Of a DNA stretch of 64,000 nt, positions 37,601 through 52,405 are shown one piece after another. The notes under the pieces were generated by a model. That model was not told where the DNA came from and searched no databases. It saw only the letters and a list, made by a program, of their open reading frames with translations. This stretch comes from Chrysomallon squamiferum (taxonomy: Eukaryota > Animalia > Mollusca). A program made the position numbers and the translations under genes. Where the stretch lies: assembly GCA_012295275.1 (NCBI GenBank), contig CM022667.1, positions 8,618,001 through 8,682,000 on the forward strand. Reading direction: 5' to 3'. Each line of letters opens with the position of its first letter. Within the stretch, counting starts at the first letter, position 1.

Positions 37601-38570
37601 GAAATCAACTGATGTCTCTCTATAAGCTCTTCTTAAAATTTAGCAGCAAAACAACACCTTCAAACACACACACACTAAATCAGATAAATACAGAAACACA
37701 CACACACACACACACACACTCACACATGTATACACACACACAGATACGAATAATAATAAAACTAACTAAATTTTGGTGACAAAGATAAAAACTCCTGCAC
37801 ACAAGAAATAATTTTCAAAATCTTATTTGTATTAGATAGAAGAAAACAATACTGATAAATGTCAAAAAGTTCTGAACAAACATTAAAAAAAAAAAAAAAA
37901 AACCAGGTATCACATATAAACCTGAAAACTATTTCACCAACGAAAAAAAAAAAAAAAAAAAAAAAAATGTATATATAATAAGAAGAAAAACTGCTTTAAA
38001 AATACATCCAACATTTCAGGTACCATTTCTTACACATTACAGAAAAAACAGAAAAGCACCAAAACAATAATAAAAAATGATAAAAACTCCCCAAACTGTA
38101 AAAATAACATTAAGAAATATTCAAATACCATTTCATGGATGACAACTCCAGGCTGACTGACTGCACAACAAATTCCACAGGTTGGGTGCAATAAACATCT
38201 CTGTATTGAAGCATTCGGGGAATCAGGTGGAACTTTGACTCGGGGCAGTTCTGCTTCGCTGACAGCATTCACAACAAAAGCAGTTTTTCAGCCCCAAGCA
38301 GTACTAATCTGGGGAACCATTATAGCACACAATGGGAGAATGTCTGGAGGATGTTTGACACAACTACCCTGTTCCAAACTCACATTCCTACTGCATGATT
38401 TCTGTTCAGTATTTATATACCTCTGAGAAAGGTGTCCGTTCAAAACTACCTTAAGTTAAAAACCCATTAAGAGTATTTAACTACATTTAATTTTAAAATA
38501 AAACAATTCTGTTCTTCGTATGTGTATATTCCTTCAATATACCCGAGATAGGTTTGTTTCACTAGTGTGC

Positions 38571-38624
<54 letters not shown>

Positions 38625-40725
38625 CTGGCATAGCGGTGTGTCTGTGTGTGCAAATGTACATTTCTATAAATGTTTATTTCTATTCCTGAGCATGATTCCC
38701 ACGTTTTTTTGTTTCTTTTTGTTCGGGATTCTTTTTTATTTTTTTTATTTTTTTTGTTTGTTTCTTTATATCAGCTTTTCAGTTTAAGGAAAGAAAATAC
38801 TGTGGTACCTGCAGCTAATGCAGATCTGAAACAAAATCTTTGTTTGTTTGCTATTGTCTAAAGGTGAGCTGGTTGTAATGTGATATAACTGGTATGTAAC
38901 CAAGTCAGTGGACTCATTGAGATCACCTGATAGGTGCATGCAACAGCACTGTCATTTCAGAATCTGCGATGCTGTTTTTAGTGATGTTTATCTAGCTAGC
39001 ACAGAAGTTACCCTTTTCTGAAACAAGAATATGTAAACCCTTTTTGATTTCAGGGCCAGTGTGTATTTATTCCTGTTTCATGTACAACAGAAGATATTTA
39101 GTTACATTTCATATACCACAGAAGTTACTATTTTTAAAAGAAATGGTATGTAAAATAGCTAAGGTGTCATAAAAGTGCAAATATATATTTAATTCTGTGT
39201 TTAAAAGAAATGGTATGTAAACTAACTCAGTGAAGTACAAGTGTCCTGGAAGCTGATATCAGCTGACACTTTTATGTTTATATACAATTGTATTACCACC
39301 AGCACGCTTACTGTTTAAAAAAACAATAGCAATAATAAACATTTTAAATAACAGATCCCCCCCCCATCTACTGGCCCAAAAACAGTAATAAAAAAAAAAA
39401 AATAAATTTTTTTTTTTAATGACATAATCTTTATTTATATTACTTTAGTGTTTAATTATTGTCTGGGTGTCTGTAGATGGAGTTATTTTTGGCATGCTTT
39501 GGTCAGTAATTGGTTTACGGTATGGACAAACTTTTACTTCTACTTTTTTACTATTTGTGTACAGTAATTGTTATTTTGTTACAATTATTATTACTGACAT
39601 CATCATATTATTGATGTTTTCATTATTATTAATATAATTATTAATTTAATGTGTTATATGGCAACTAAAATTATTCCAATTTCTATAACGTCACAAACAA
39701 ACACACACAAACACACACAAAAGAAAGAACAAAAAAGTAAAAAAACAAAACAATGAAAGACTAAAAGAGATTTCAGAGTTGTTTTACCACTTGCTTGCTG
39801 GGCCCCACTGTTTTTAATTCAGTACTTAAAAACACGCGACATTGTTTCTCTTCTTAACTGATTCCTTTAATAGATTTTTATTTAATTTGTATTTTAAAAA
39901 GGAAACTCTCTGACCTGATTTCCTGGTTACGAAGTACAGACAGGTGAGAAATCTCTAGATTACAGGTAGCATACTGAGCTGCTGACTTCTCATCTGTTTA
40001 AATCTCGGCTCATCTGAGTGAGGTTGAAGACTTTGGTATCAAGTACTGTGAAATACTCTGAGCATTTCACATCATTAAACACTTAATCCCGTCCAAAATA
40101 TTCTATCATGTTCCTTATTACATTAGCATAGTTTGAACATTTAAGATATGTAGGATTTAATGTGGAAATTGTCAACATATTTTATTTCAATTTTCTCATA
40201 TTTTTATTTTGTTTATTGTCTTCTTTTTCTTTTTCTGTTTTTTTTTTTTTTGAATATACTATCACTTTTTGTTCCTTACTACTTTAGCAAATTTGAACAT
40301 GAAAATTCTCAAGACATTTTGTTTAAAACATTTTATCATTTTTTTCTTCCTTATTAATTTAACAAGCTTTAAATATTTAAAATATGTAAAACACAGCATT
40401 GCAAAACTCATCATATTTTGTTTTAAAAAGTCTTTTCATTTAAAATATTTTGTCATTTCCTGCTCTCTTTTGACATTTGCACATTCTGACTGTATGATAT
40501 ACAACTTAACACTTATTATTTTCATTCTGATCCATCAACAGCAAGGAATCTTTTGAAAGAACCTTTCAAAAAAGAGGAAAGCACATACTATAATATCTTA
40601 TTATTTCAAAAAAAATGACTGCAAGAGGAATGACTCCCAAAGAAGCAGTAACAAGCATTGATCCTACAGCCCACTGAATCACAAACTTACACACTACAAA
40701 TTACTCCATAGTCAACACTAATGTT

Positions 40726-40727
<2 letters not shown>

Positions 40728-40782
<55 letters not shown>
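40728..40782. repeat. (AT)n microsatellite
   Basis: Direct reading. Confidence 0.95.
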
Positions 40783-40797
<15 letters not shown>

Positions 40798-42611
40798 CAT
40801 AATATATACCTGACACTTTTTATTATGTTTAGCACAATCAAACATTTATGATGGTGAAAAAAATTTTTATATCAGAAAGAAAAAAATGGATTCTCTGAAA
40901 ATTCAGATAGAAATGTTTTTCAAATTATCATATTATTATTATTATTATTTTTTTAAATAAAAAATTAAATAATGAAAATAAGCATGAGAACATGCTATAT
41001 TCTATTCATGGTTAAACAGATCTTGGTTCAAAAGGTTCTTTTTTCCATTTTTTGTTGTTCTTTTTTCTTTCTATTCTTTCTTTTGGTCTAGCATTTGTAT
41101 AAAATATTAATATTTTAATATTAATAAAGTGTTATGAATAATGTAAATGTTACCATAAACCAAATCAAAAGTCTAATATTTAGAGAAAAAAAAAAATAAT
41201 AAACTGTATTCTTACAAAAATGAATAACTTTAAATTTTTTTCTTCTCTATTTAAAAAATAAATTTAAAAAATAAATAAATAAATAAAATGCTGATCTGAG
41301 TGTCCAAACCAAATATCAGAACTTTTTTTTAATTTATTATATTTTTTTTAAATATAAAGAATTTAATTATATTTATTAATTATAACCAACTTATCACGAA
41401 TATTAATCACCAAAATTAAACATCACCAAACGTCAAAATAAAACAGAAAGACCGACAGATATAATTTTTAACATTCAAGTTCAAGAACAGCACACATAAA
41501 CAATGAAAAAATAAAAAAAATAAAAAAATAAAAAAATCGGCATAACAACATTAACAACAAACTGTCAAATCAAACAGTCATCTAAAACTTTGTGAAAAAT
41601 TCTGCCAACATCTGTTGCCACATCGACGTATTCCAAGTCTGACTGCTAATTCAGGCCACAAGCATGCAGCGTTGGTGCAGCAGCAACTGCGATGTCATCT
41701 AGACACACACGTGTTCCCACCATCGCCAGGATCCTACGGTGTTTCGCAGAGAATAAACAATGGTGTGGGATTAGTTCGAGCCAATGGCTTTGTCACAATG
41801 GTCACAGCTTGCAGCTCGAACTGATGCTGGATCAAGTTAATTGGCATCATGGACAGTTTTCCTGACATTAATGTAACCTTTTTTCAGAAAACCATTATTA
41901 TCGCACAAGTGTTGGAAATTAAATGTGATGCGAATTGTGAAAAGTCTTTTCAGAAAACACTTAGGATTATCCGAGCTTTTAAAATTATAAAGGATACAAA
42001 TTTAGAAAAAAAAAAAAAGAAAAAAAAAAAAAAAAAAAAAGACTTTTCAGAAAGTTATTATTACCCAGGAATTTAAATTAAAAATGATACAAATTTTCAT
42101 TTTTTTTTTTTTTTTCACAAAACCATTATTATGACACAAGCACTGAAACCAAAACTGATAATATTATTAAAAATGTTTTCGTGCAAGGATTAAATCAAAA
42201 ATAAACAAAAAGTAAAAAAAATAATTCTGAGGATGTTATTAATTGTGTTTTTTAACTTTAAACTAAACCAGCTGCAAATGAAATTCAGCACAATTCCTAA
42301 ATACAATAAACACCAATTCAATGATTCAAGTTCTGATAAATGTTTTTTCAACTGTAGTTTGAAAACAAGAAAAAACACATTATAACAAAAATATAAATTA
42401 AATGTTACAAGTATGCATGTTTTAAACTTATCGATTTACCAGACAGTCAAAATTAAAATTAAACAAATCATTAATTCCTGAATACATGTTACTACTATCT
42501 AGACATTATTATTGTTAATGAAAATACAAGGAACAAAAGTTTATTTAAGTTTATTCTGCTGTTACTATGTTTGTTGTAATTCTAAAACAATTTAATTAAA
42601 CTCAACTTTAC

Positions 42612-42614
<3 letters not shown>

Positions 42615-42669
<55 letters not shown>
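42615..42669. repeat. (AG)n microsatellite
   Basis: Direct reading. Confidence 0.95.
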
Positions 42670-42673
<4 letters not shown>

Positions 42674-44002
42674 AAAGTTTGTAAAGTAATTTTAAAACAA
42701 TTTTAACTAAATCTACCAATTCCACATTAAACTCAGCTTTACCGCCAGCCTAAGTAAATCAAGCAATGGGTACCCAACAATCAACAGAAGAACAAACAGA
42801 GAGAGAGAGAGAGAGAAAAAAAAAGACTGGAGAGTTTCAACAAGTGGAAATAACTGTGCACACCCTCCTTGATGAGCCTGGGCATCATGAAAGCATTATC
42901 AGAAAGCAGGTCAGGTCTGAACTGTGAGTCAGAGAGCTTTTCAAAGTGTTCTATCATATAGCAGTGTATTTGCCCTGGGCCACACAATAGCAAATTTCTA
43001 AATGACACGGCACTCTGGGCTATCCCGTCTTGGGAACGGACCAGTAATTGGCATAAATTTCTCTTGAGTGCAAACTTAGAGCCCTGGGAAATAGCTTAGG
43101 TGTCGAGGTCTACCTGTGATAGACTGTGACAGTTTATGTAGCAGGTTAGCGGGAGCTGTTTTTTTTTTGTCTTTTTAAAGAAAACAAAACAATTGTTATG
43201 AAGTGTCTCTTTTTGATAATAAAGGAGAAAATACATATAGCAATATTTTTTGATAAATATATGTATTTTGAACGAGTTGAAAAGAAAACGGAATTTTAGA
43301 AGAAGTGAGCAGAAAGTGCACCTGAATGTTCTGTGAAGATAATCATAAATCAGAGTTTTTGCTGTTAGAGTTTGATATTTTATACCTAATTTATTTTTGT
43401 TGTAAATCACCAACTAATCTATCCACTGAAAATTAAAGTTATTCAATTCTTAATCCTTTGTGACCTGTATTTCACTTTCTGTCTCTTTAACCATTCTTTA
43501 TTCTTGCTTTTACCATTTAAACAAACTTTTTTTTTCTAATTAATAAAATGAAGGAATATAAAATTTCATTTAACATTTAAAAATAATACAAATCTAAGTT
43601 CATACATATATTCAAAAATTATTCATTAAAGTTTAAAATCTAAAAAAAAAAAAAAAATTTAAGTTACCTTTATTATGAAACAAAAATAGTTTTTACTTAA
43701 TATAATCTACAATAACTACATAAAAATTATTATTCATAATTACACTTATTATCAAATCATAAATTGAAACACAAAACTTCACAGCTTAAAATATCAATAT
43801 AACCCGAAATTAAAACTGAATAAAACAATTTTACATCTCAATTTATGCAGCAAGATTATTGACTTGTAAAGAAAATTTCAATAATTATTAATTTTACTGT
43901 ACACATTGGCCTACTACCTATGTTCCATAATTATTCCTTGTAGTATATCAGTTAACAACCAAACCAGAATTTTAAAAAAATATTTAAATTAATAATAATA
44001 GC

Positions 44003-44048
<46 letters not shown>

Positions 44049-46077
44049 GTAAAAATAATAATAATAATAGTAATAATACAACTAATTCAAGTCAAATGGT
44101 AAATTTCGATATTTAAAAGGAAAGCTGAAGATTTAAAAAAAGAAAGAAATTAAAACTTCACATTAACCATCGTTTAGCAAGTGACTCTATGAATATTCCT
44201 TGAGGCAGATCTGGGACGTTTCCAAGTTTCTGGAGGTGAACAACAGGGTCAAGCTGTTACCAGGCTCGACACACAAAGAGACAGCAAAGAAAACCAAACC
44301 CCCAGAGGAACTGGTAACGTTTTAAATAATCTATACAAACAGCTCAAGTTTAATTAAGTTTTGCAGACCTCAAGGTTCAACAATCTGTATTTTATTGGCA
44401 TTGGAAAAATAAAAATGTTATGTGACTTGAAGAAGAATGAATAGACATGCTTTTGTTAAAATTTAAAAAAAAGGTTTTATTTATAATGGAACAAGAAAAT
44501 ATGAGATTTACTGCTTTAATTTATGAAAATTTCATAAAACATGAATATGACTTTTTAAATTTAATTTTTGTTTTATTTTATTTATTTTTTTATTTGTGCA
44601 TCAATTACACATTTGTTCTTCAAAATAATCAGTTACAAAATATTATTCGTGACTGAAAATTAGCATTAATAATAATAACAATAATAATAATAATCTATTA
44701 TTATTATTATTATTACTGTTGTTGCTGTGGTTTTTATTTATTTATATTCAACATTAGCTGATTTTTATCAATACAGGTAACCCAAACGGTGCCCCTGACT
44801 TTCAGATCACACATCCATGTGACTTGGTACCATATTAACAGCATATTTATACATGTGTAAGTGGAAGTGGGAGGCTTGCTTGATCGCTTCACATAATCAG
44901 TCAAGTGACACATCCCAATGAAGAAGTTTGTCAACATTTCATGCTTCACTGATTCCTCTCGGTCTAAACGAGAATGGGACCCCTCCGGTTGCACTTCCTT
45001 GATTTTTATAGATATCTTTGGACATTTCTCACTTTCAAATAACGAAAGGAATCTCTAATTATTTGTTTTCTCACTGCATTCGTCTACATCTGTGTTTACT
45101 AGTACACACTGACAAACTAGTCCAAAAAAAAAAAAAAAAACTAAAAACTAAACAAACAAAAAAATACTGGCAAAACCAAAAAAAAAATTGTTTTCACCTT
45201 GCTGGGTTTTAATCTATTCATTTTTGTTGTTTTGTTAATTAATAAAAAAAAAAAAAAAAAAAAAAAAAAACCCTTAGAAAACAAATTTATCTTTTTTTAA
45301 ATATTTAAATATTTTTTATTTTAGTCTCAGTTTGTTTGTTATGTTTTTGATTATGTGTACACAGAATACACAGTTACTGAGAAATCATGATTAGTCTTTC
45401 ATGTCAAACGAGTGACTAAGACTGATGTAAATTTATGATTAACAACAAAAACATCCACACATTAAAACAAATACAAACACACACATGTATACAAAAACAC
45501 ACTCATTCACATAAGTAACAGGTACACAAAACTAAATGTATGTTTATGTACATCATTAAAAACTTGTGTTCTGTACACCTACTAAAATAATTTTATGTGT
45601 TAATAAACTTCATTATTAGGTTCACAAAAGTAATCACTTGACTAAACACTCTAGTTGCAGTAATTAAATTTTTCAGGACAAAAATACATACAGTTAGGAC
45701 AACATGAAAATATCTTGTTTCTGTAAGGCCTAAGTATATTGAAATGTAATTATAATTATCTCTATAATTATTAACTTCCATTAACTAGCAGAATTATCGC
45801 TTATAACGCTATAGGTTGTATCATACAAAATATTTATTATTAACATACAAATTATCTGTCGCTATAATAAATTAGTAATTAATTAAATATTCATGTGACA
45901 TGATTGTAATTAGTATTTTCAGTTATCATTAGGTAAACAGAAGAATTACACAGACACACACACACATACACAAATGTGAATATATAAAAATTTCATTTTT
46001 CTTATTATATATAAACACACACAGCTTTTAATTAACTGTTTTCCAATTAAAATAAGAATACAAAATTCCTCACTTAC

Positions 46078-46800
46078 CATAATGGGCCAGGTGGTGCTGT
46101 GAACAAATCTGTGGTTATAGTGTTTAACTCAGTGAAGCAGACAAGACAGTACTACAGCGATTACACAATCTTTCATTTCACTTTGAACAAACGGAATAAA
46201 GATTAATTTCTCAGGAAAAAAAAAAAACAACGAAAAAAACAAGCGTGCTTCAGTAGTCCTATTAATAGCACCTGACGACTGAGTCAATATGAAATGTTTG
46301 GCTCCCACAAGAAAGAAGAAGAAGAAATAAAAAGAAAGTTGACAAAGTTGTTGAGAGAGAGAGAACTGCGGTGCTCACTCGCACGCTGCCTGTCTGCCTG
46401 AGCTCAGTGTCTCACTGCCACCACACCTCAGTGCTGCGAGATGATAAACTAAAACCATTGTCACTATCAGGTATGCAGGCCAACGCAGACTTAACGAGAT
46501 AGTCAGGTGCTTCAAACAACTCAGGTGCTTTAAACGGCTGACTGACTGCCTGGCTGGCTGGCTGGCTGCTTTGCGAAAGCTTTGCTTAATGGATCCAGCG
46601 ACAAGCTGCCAGACTGCAGGTAGCCTTCGGCTCGGCCAAGAAGCTCTCCTCTCTCTCTTCTGATAGGATCTTGGCCTGAACATTCAATCTCTTTGAACTG
46701 TGAGCGGCCGCGAACTGCTGTCACCGTTGTTCTGTGGCAACAGTTGGCACCGTGCGACACTTTCTGCTGCAGCGTTGTACCTGGCGGGCGGGATGGGTGT
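46078..46800 (-). promoter_or_regulatory. Candidate alternative promoter and non-coding first exon of the zinc-finger gene (donor at 46078; 5' end uncertain)
   Basis: Consensus donor ATG|GTAAGT at 46078 below a GC/CpG-enriched island (46365-46800) with TGAGTCA and several CAGGTR motifs. No convincing YAG acceptor seen upstream. Confidence 0.5.
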
Positions 46801-46822
46801 GTGTGTGTGTGTGTTGTTGTTG

Positions 46823-46853
<31 letters not shown>

Positions 46854-48679
46854 GATATTTTATACATGCAGATATTGTGTAGCTCCTGTACTTTGCACTC
46901 AGCAGGGAAGATTAAGAAAATAATACATCTTCTTGTTTGTAACGAGCATGCTCAGGTGAAGTCAGAATACCTGCATTCAGGAAGTTGACAGGAATTTGAC
47001 ATTGTTTGATTTAGTTGAAGAGAATATTATTTCTTTAAAGATTAGAAAAGTTTCTTTTAGTCAGTTTCATCTGTAAATGAGTTTTTCTTTGATCTGATTA
47101 AAAGTAAACATTAAATTCAGTTAAATGGCTTTTGACTTACATTTTCTTTGTATAAAATTTTACCACCTGAGTTTCCATTTACTTGCATAATCAAAGTAAC
47201 TGAAATATTCTACTGTTCAGTTATTATTTTCAATTAAATATATTTGACTTTTGATTTTTTTGAAAATATTGCTATTAAAAAGAATGAAAATACTTATGAA
47301 AGATTCAAAACTTATCTTAAACTGGAAAAAAACCCAGTTAATTCTTAATATTGTTTTTTACATTTTTGTGTGAATCACCTTTTAACAATTTCGTTCAAAA
47401 ACTTTAAATTTACAAACACAACATTCATTTGCATAAAGGATTTATACCACTAAGAAAACTGTTTTATTTACCATTCTTATTATCATTACAAAAATATCAT
47501 TTTTAGAAAGGTGTAGTTTCATCAAGATGAAAAGAAAATATATACATTTTTTTTTATGTTTTGAATAAATATCACGTTAACTAATAATCTGAATATATCA
47601 TGATCATTCTAATATTATGAAAAAACAAACTGAAACAGTGAAAATAAAATTAAAGAAATAATATTATCCATGTACAAGAAAACAAAATAAAACCACTGGC
47701 TCAGTTTGTGTAAATCATTTGTATTAATCATATTGAATAAATTCCACAGGTGTTAATCAAATCACCATAAAATTACAGTAAACAAATTGTACATACACTG
47801 CCATACACCAGAAAAAAGTCAGTTTTCTGTTTAGTTTTTTCTTTACTTCTATCACCTGCATAACCATCATTTTTCTCATACAGGCATGCTAAAAATACCT
47901 GTATCAATGCATACCTGTCTTACTATCTTCAGTTAGCCATTAAAGGTAACTGAAGGCTTTTCTTATAAAAGTATCCACACTGATCACTCTAGCAAAATCA
48001 GAAATTTGCTGAACATTTCTGATAGAAGCATGCTAAAAGACTGAAATGCATCCAACTCTCTCCAATCATAAAGTGTGCCCATGAAAACCCTGCCTGAACA
48101 TTTCTTAGAAAAGGCAAGCTGAAATGTTACTACATACCTTTCTGTAAACAGAAAGTGAGTACACAACAAGCGTCCTTTTACAGAAGCATGTTGAAAATTT
48201 AACATATTTCTAATTTTTTTAACAAAAATATATTAAAAGTAACTTGTACTAACATATACATGTCTGAAAAATATGACTAATATCTTGGAAAATTTGCTGA
48301 AGATAGGCAATTCTGCGACAAAATTAGCTCCATTAACACATATCTAAGATTTTCTACTGAAAATAAGGTTGCCCAGGGCAGGCATGTATGAAGTTTTCTG
48401 TCAGAAGCTACAGATCACCCACACTATAATATAAACTTCAAAACAAATTCCTGTAACTGCATAAATACTCTGAATGTAAAACACATTAACTAGTAAACAT
48501 GCATGCATACATAATTACAGACACCTTATTGTACCTCATCTATCATTTGTCAGCTGATCAATTTATCATCATGATCCACTTTTATTACACTGTTTTTAAC
48601 TATCATTTAATTATGTCATCTTCAACATTGTTATCAACCACTTAACTCACGCATGGGATATATGTGATATTGTCAGTCA

Positions 48680-48930
48680 GTATAGAATATATTTAATATT
48701 ATCAATTCTTTAATTAAATTTTCAACAGTTCAATACAACATGGAATGTATTTAATATTACCAACTAATTGTTACTTGGGAACATGTTTAATATTATCAAT
48801 TTGTTTAACAGAATATATTTCATATCATCAACTATTTAATACAGTATGGAATATATTTATCATTATCAACTGTTTAATACATGGAAAATTTAATACATTT
48901 AATATTATTTACCAACGTGGAATATTTGCA
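48680..48930. repeat. Degenerate ~36-bp minisatellite (AATATATTTAATATTATCAACTGTTTAATACATGG-like)
   Basis: About 6 recurrences of tttaatattatcaa. Confidence 0.65.
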
Positions 48931-50644
48931 TAATACTATAAAAAAAGATAGTGTGACTGTATGTTCAGTAAATGATATAGAAAAAGAATATTTGACACTA
49001 AAACATTTTAAAACTGTTGTTGTAATTTATGTCATGCTTTTAAGTTCTTTTCAATTTTTTTTGTTTTGTTTGTTTATGAAGAAATAAAAGAGAAAACCTA
49101 TTTCAGTCACATTATGAATTATAATTAATATTAAATACATAATTATGTTTATTATTGTTACATAAATTTGTTCATAATGCTTAACAAAACCATAACAAAA
49201 GATAATTCCCTAGCAAATAATTTTTATCACTTTAACACCGGTCATTTTACTTTTCTGAACTTAACAGGTTTTCTTCATTGTTTTTTTTATATTTATATTT
49301 TTATTATTATTTTTTATTTTTTTTTTTTTTTTATTATTTATATATCTGGATCAGTAATGATGAAAATGGCCACTGAGTGCTCTGAAAAATTAGTTCAAAT
49401 TAATTGAATATTGCTAAAAACATTATTTATGAATTCTACAAAATTATTTGAAAACTAAATTCTGTGAGATTATTTTTAATTAAAATTACACAGACAATTC
49501 CAATCATCTGCTATAATGAAAAATAATTATTATTGGCTATAATTTGGGCAAGAGATGGTTAATTAAATAAACATACATACATATATGTTCAACAAAATAG
49601 ATTTAGTAAAATTACATTAAATCTACTGACTTTAAAACCTCAGCCACAGCGCACTTATGTAATTATTTAAATTCATATAATTTTACTTTTATTATTTTTT
49701 AACTTTTTTCTTTTTAAACATTTTTTTTGTGTTCTAGCCAGAAACAGTTCACAGTTCCAACAACAACAATGGACGTCTGCAACATCTGGTATTAAAGTGG
49801 CATCATGCAACGTAACTCATTTTCCTTCTTCTACGTGGAAATCTACCTATAATTAAGTTTGAAATTTTATCCAGCAGCAACAGACGTCTGTCTGCCAGTG
49901 TGACAAAAAAAAAAAAAAAATACTCAATATTTCCTTAGCATTATACTGGCAGCAGAGAGAGATCTATAAAGTACAATTCATACGACAATGATTTTTCTGC
50001 GGCATGGAACAGCTGTGCACATGACAGGAATATCGTGTGGCAGTTCCAGGATGGTAGTACCTAGTTTGCAGGTAAATTCAATAAAATATGGTCGGCCGTC
50101 ACTAACTCATGCTGCACCCAACTCAACTTTCAAGGTTTGTGCAAGTGTAAAAAAACACCGCACTAAGACAGGAATAAAGGCAATGAAACCTTCATTAAGT
50201 TTATTTTCCAAAATAAATAAATAATGTTAGAGAGAGAGAGAGATCTTTTGTTTTTCAAATTTATATGTATTTATTCAATATTATGATTTAAACAAAAGAA
50301 ATTAAACCACTTAGACTGTTTTGCTTTATACAATAATAATGATACATTTTTTTAGATTTTATTATTTATATCTCCAACTTTTTACCATGTGTTTTTCAGT
50401 TTAACATTCTTAAATAAGTTTAAAACATATATAAACAGACAGATAGACAGACAGACAAAGGTAGATTAGATAGATAGATAGATATATAGATAGTGGAAAA
50501 TTTTCGCTAACAGTTATAATTTTTCCAGACAAGATTATTTTGTTAAATGCTACATTCTTTTTTTTTGTTTTGTTTTTCGTTTGTTTGTTTTCATTTTCTT
50601 AAAAAACGAATTTTTGTTATTGTTGTTTGTTTTATTATTTTACA

Positions 50645-50684
<40 letters not shown>

Positions 50685-52365
50685 TTAATTTACATCAGAG
50701 TAAAGAAAAGAAGAAAAAAAAGAGAAAAGAGAAAAAGTATCAATGTTAAACAAATTAACAAGTGACAGTAAATGTCCTTTATCAATATCCTACATTCTGT
50801 TTTGGTGCAGTGGTTCTGTGTTGTTAATAAAAACTCAACAACAAACATCTAAAAACTCAGCAAGTTCCTCCTACATCTATCTATCTCTACAAAACCATGC
50901 CAGTGATAGAAATCTAAACCAAATATACACAGTTCTAGACACAGACATATCTCGTTTCCTGTAGCAGCTTATATAAAACTTTAAAATACCAAGTATGAGC
51001 TCTGCTGTCTGTGGGAAGGTGTATCTAAAATGTATTTTACTGCTGAGAGAATATTAAAGAGAAGTCCAGTGTCTGATATCTTCAAGTTCCTGCCTGTTAT
51101 TTATATCATCCTTAACCACGACACTATAAACCATAGATTACATACACTGAGTGAGTGATAAATGAAAAGTTATGTTTTTATTCTGGAATCTGTGATTAAC
51201 CAATATTACATAGCTCTGTCATCTTTGGTAATTATTGCCAAATCATTGATTATAGTACTGTGACCACATAAGAATTAAATTATAAGTTACACATCAACTT
51301 AATTAACAAACAAAAAATGTTTCTTAATAATATGAATTTTTACATTATGACAATGACATTATCATAGATTGTATAGTGAGAGTGGAACAATTTAAAATAT
51401 ATAACAAAAATTATTAAACACTATCTCAGAAAGCTTTCTCTTCTCTTTTCTTTTTCTTTTTTTAGAACAGCACCAGATGTATGTCATAAAAGTGGACATT
51501 TGTTGCTTTTCTGAACAAAAATGGTTAAACTGTCAGTTTATGGTGTGTTAAATTTGTTACCTGGGAAAATGCTGCATGGGATTGTATGTTTGATACACCT
51601 GTCTGTAGGAACATCTTGCCTGTACTTGTGTCAACTCGAAATTCTCAGAAACACATGCCATATGTTGTTAAACAAACACTTTCCTACAGCTATCAAGTAA
51701 TTAAGTCAACTGTGTAGCAGTATTTTTGTTAAAACTATAAAATTATTCAGTGAGATGTGTAGTAATTACCATTATACATGAAAATGGTGAGTATGTATAA
51801 AAATAACTGGTGTAATTATATATATTTTTTTTAAATAATCTTTTAAATAATGTTCACATTTTATTACTATATTTAATAACACTACAACAATATAATAAAA
51901 ATCTTCAAAGCCACAACTTTAAACATCGTTCTTATTAATTAGCAACAATGAATCTTTTGAATTTGCAAACCCTTAAACAGTAAAACACACATTTTAGTTA
52001 ATAAACACATTCACATACAAGGCAATTGTTATGAAATATTTTAAATGTATCTTACTTGTTTAGTTTTCATTTTTCAAATGTGACTGAAAAAAGTGAAAAA
52101 AACAAAACAACTGTAGAAGTCCTGAAGAGCTGAACTTGTAAACCATTTGACAAAACATACTGCACCAATCACCAGACCAAACCAGATTAACTCTTTTGTT
52201 TAACTGGTATGGCAGATCTTGTCCATTAAAAGTGTTTGCTTAGGAAACAATGGCTAATTACAGAGGAGTCCCATTCACCATTATCTGCATTGTTTTCTTA
52301 GCCCCTCTTTGGTAAAAGTTCAGAAACAGTATGCACTGCTTATTATTCAAAAATACAAATCTCAA

Positions 52366-52405
<40 letters not shown>

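Noticed and set aside
46375-46988. Cluster of 60-100 aa ORFs on both strands
   Set aside because: Explained by higher GC content and simple repeats; no domain similarity seen.
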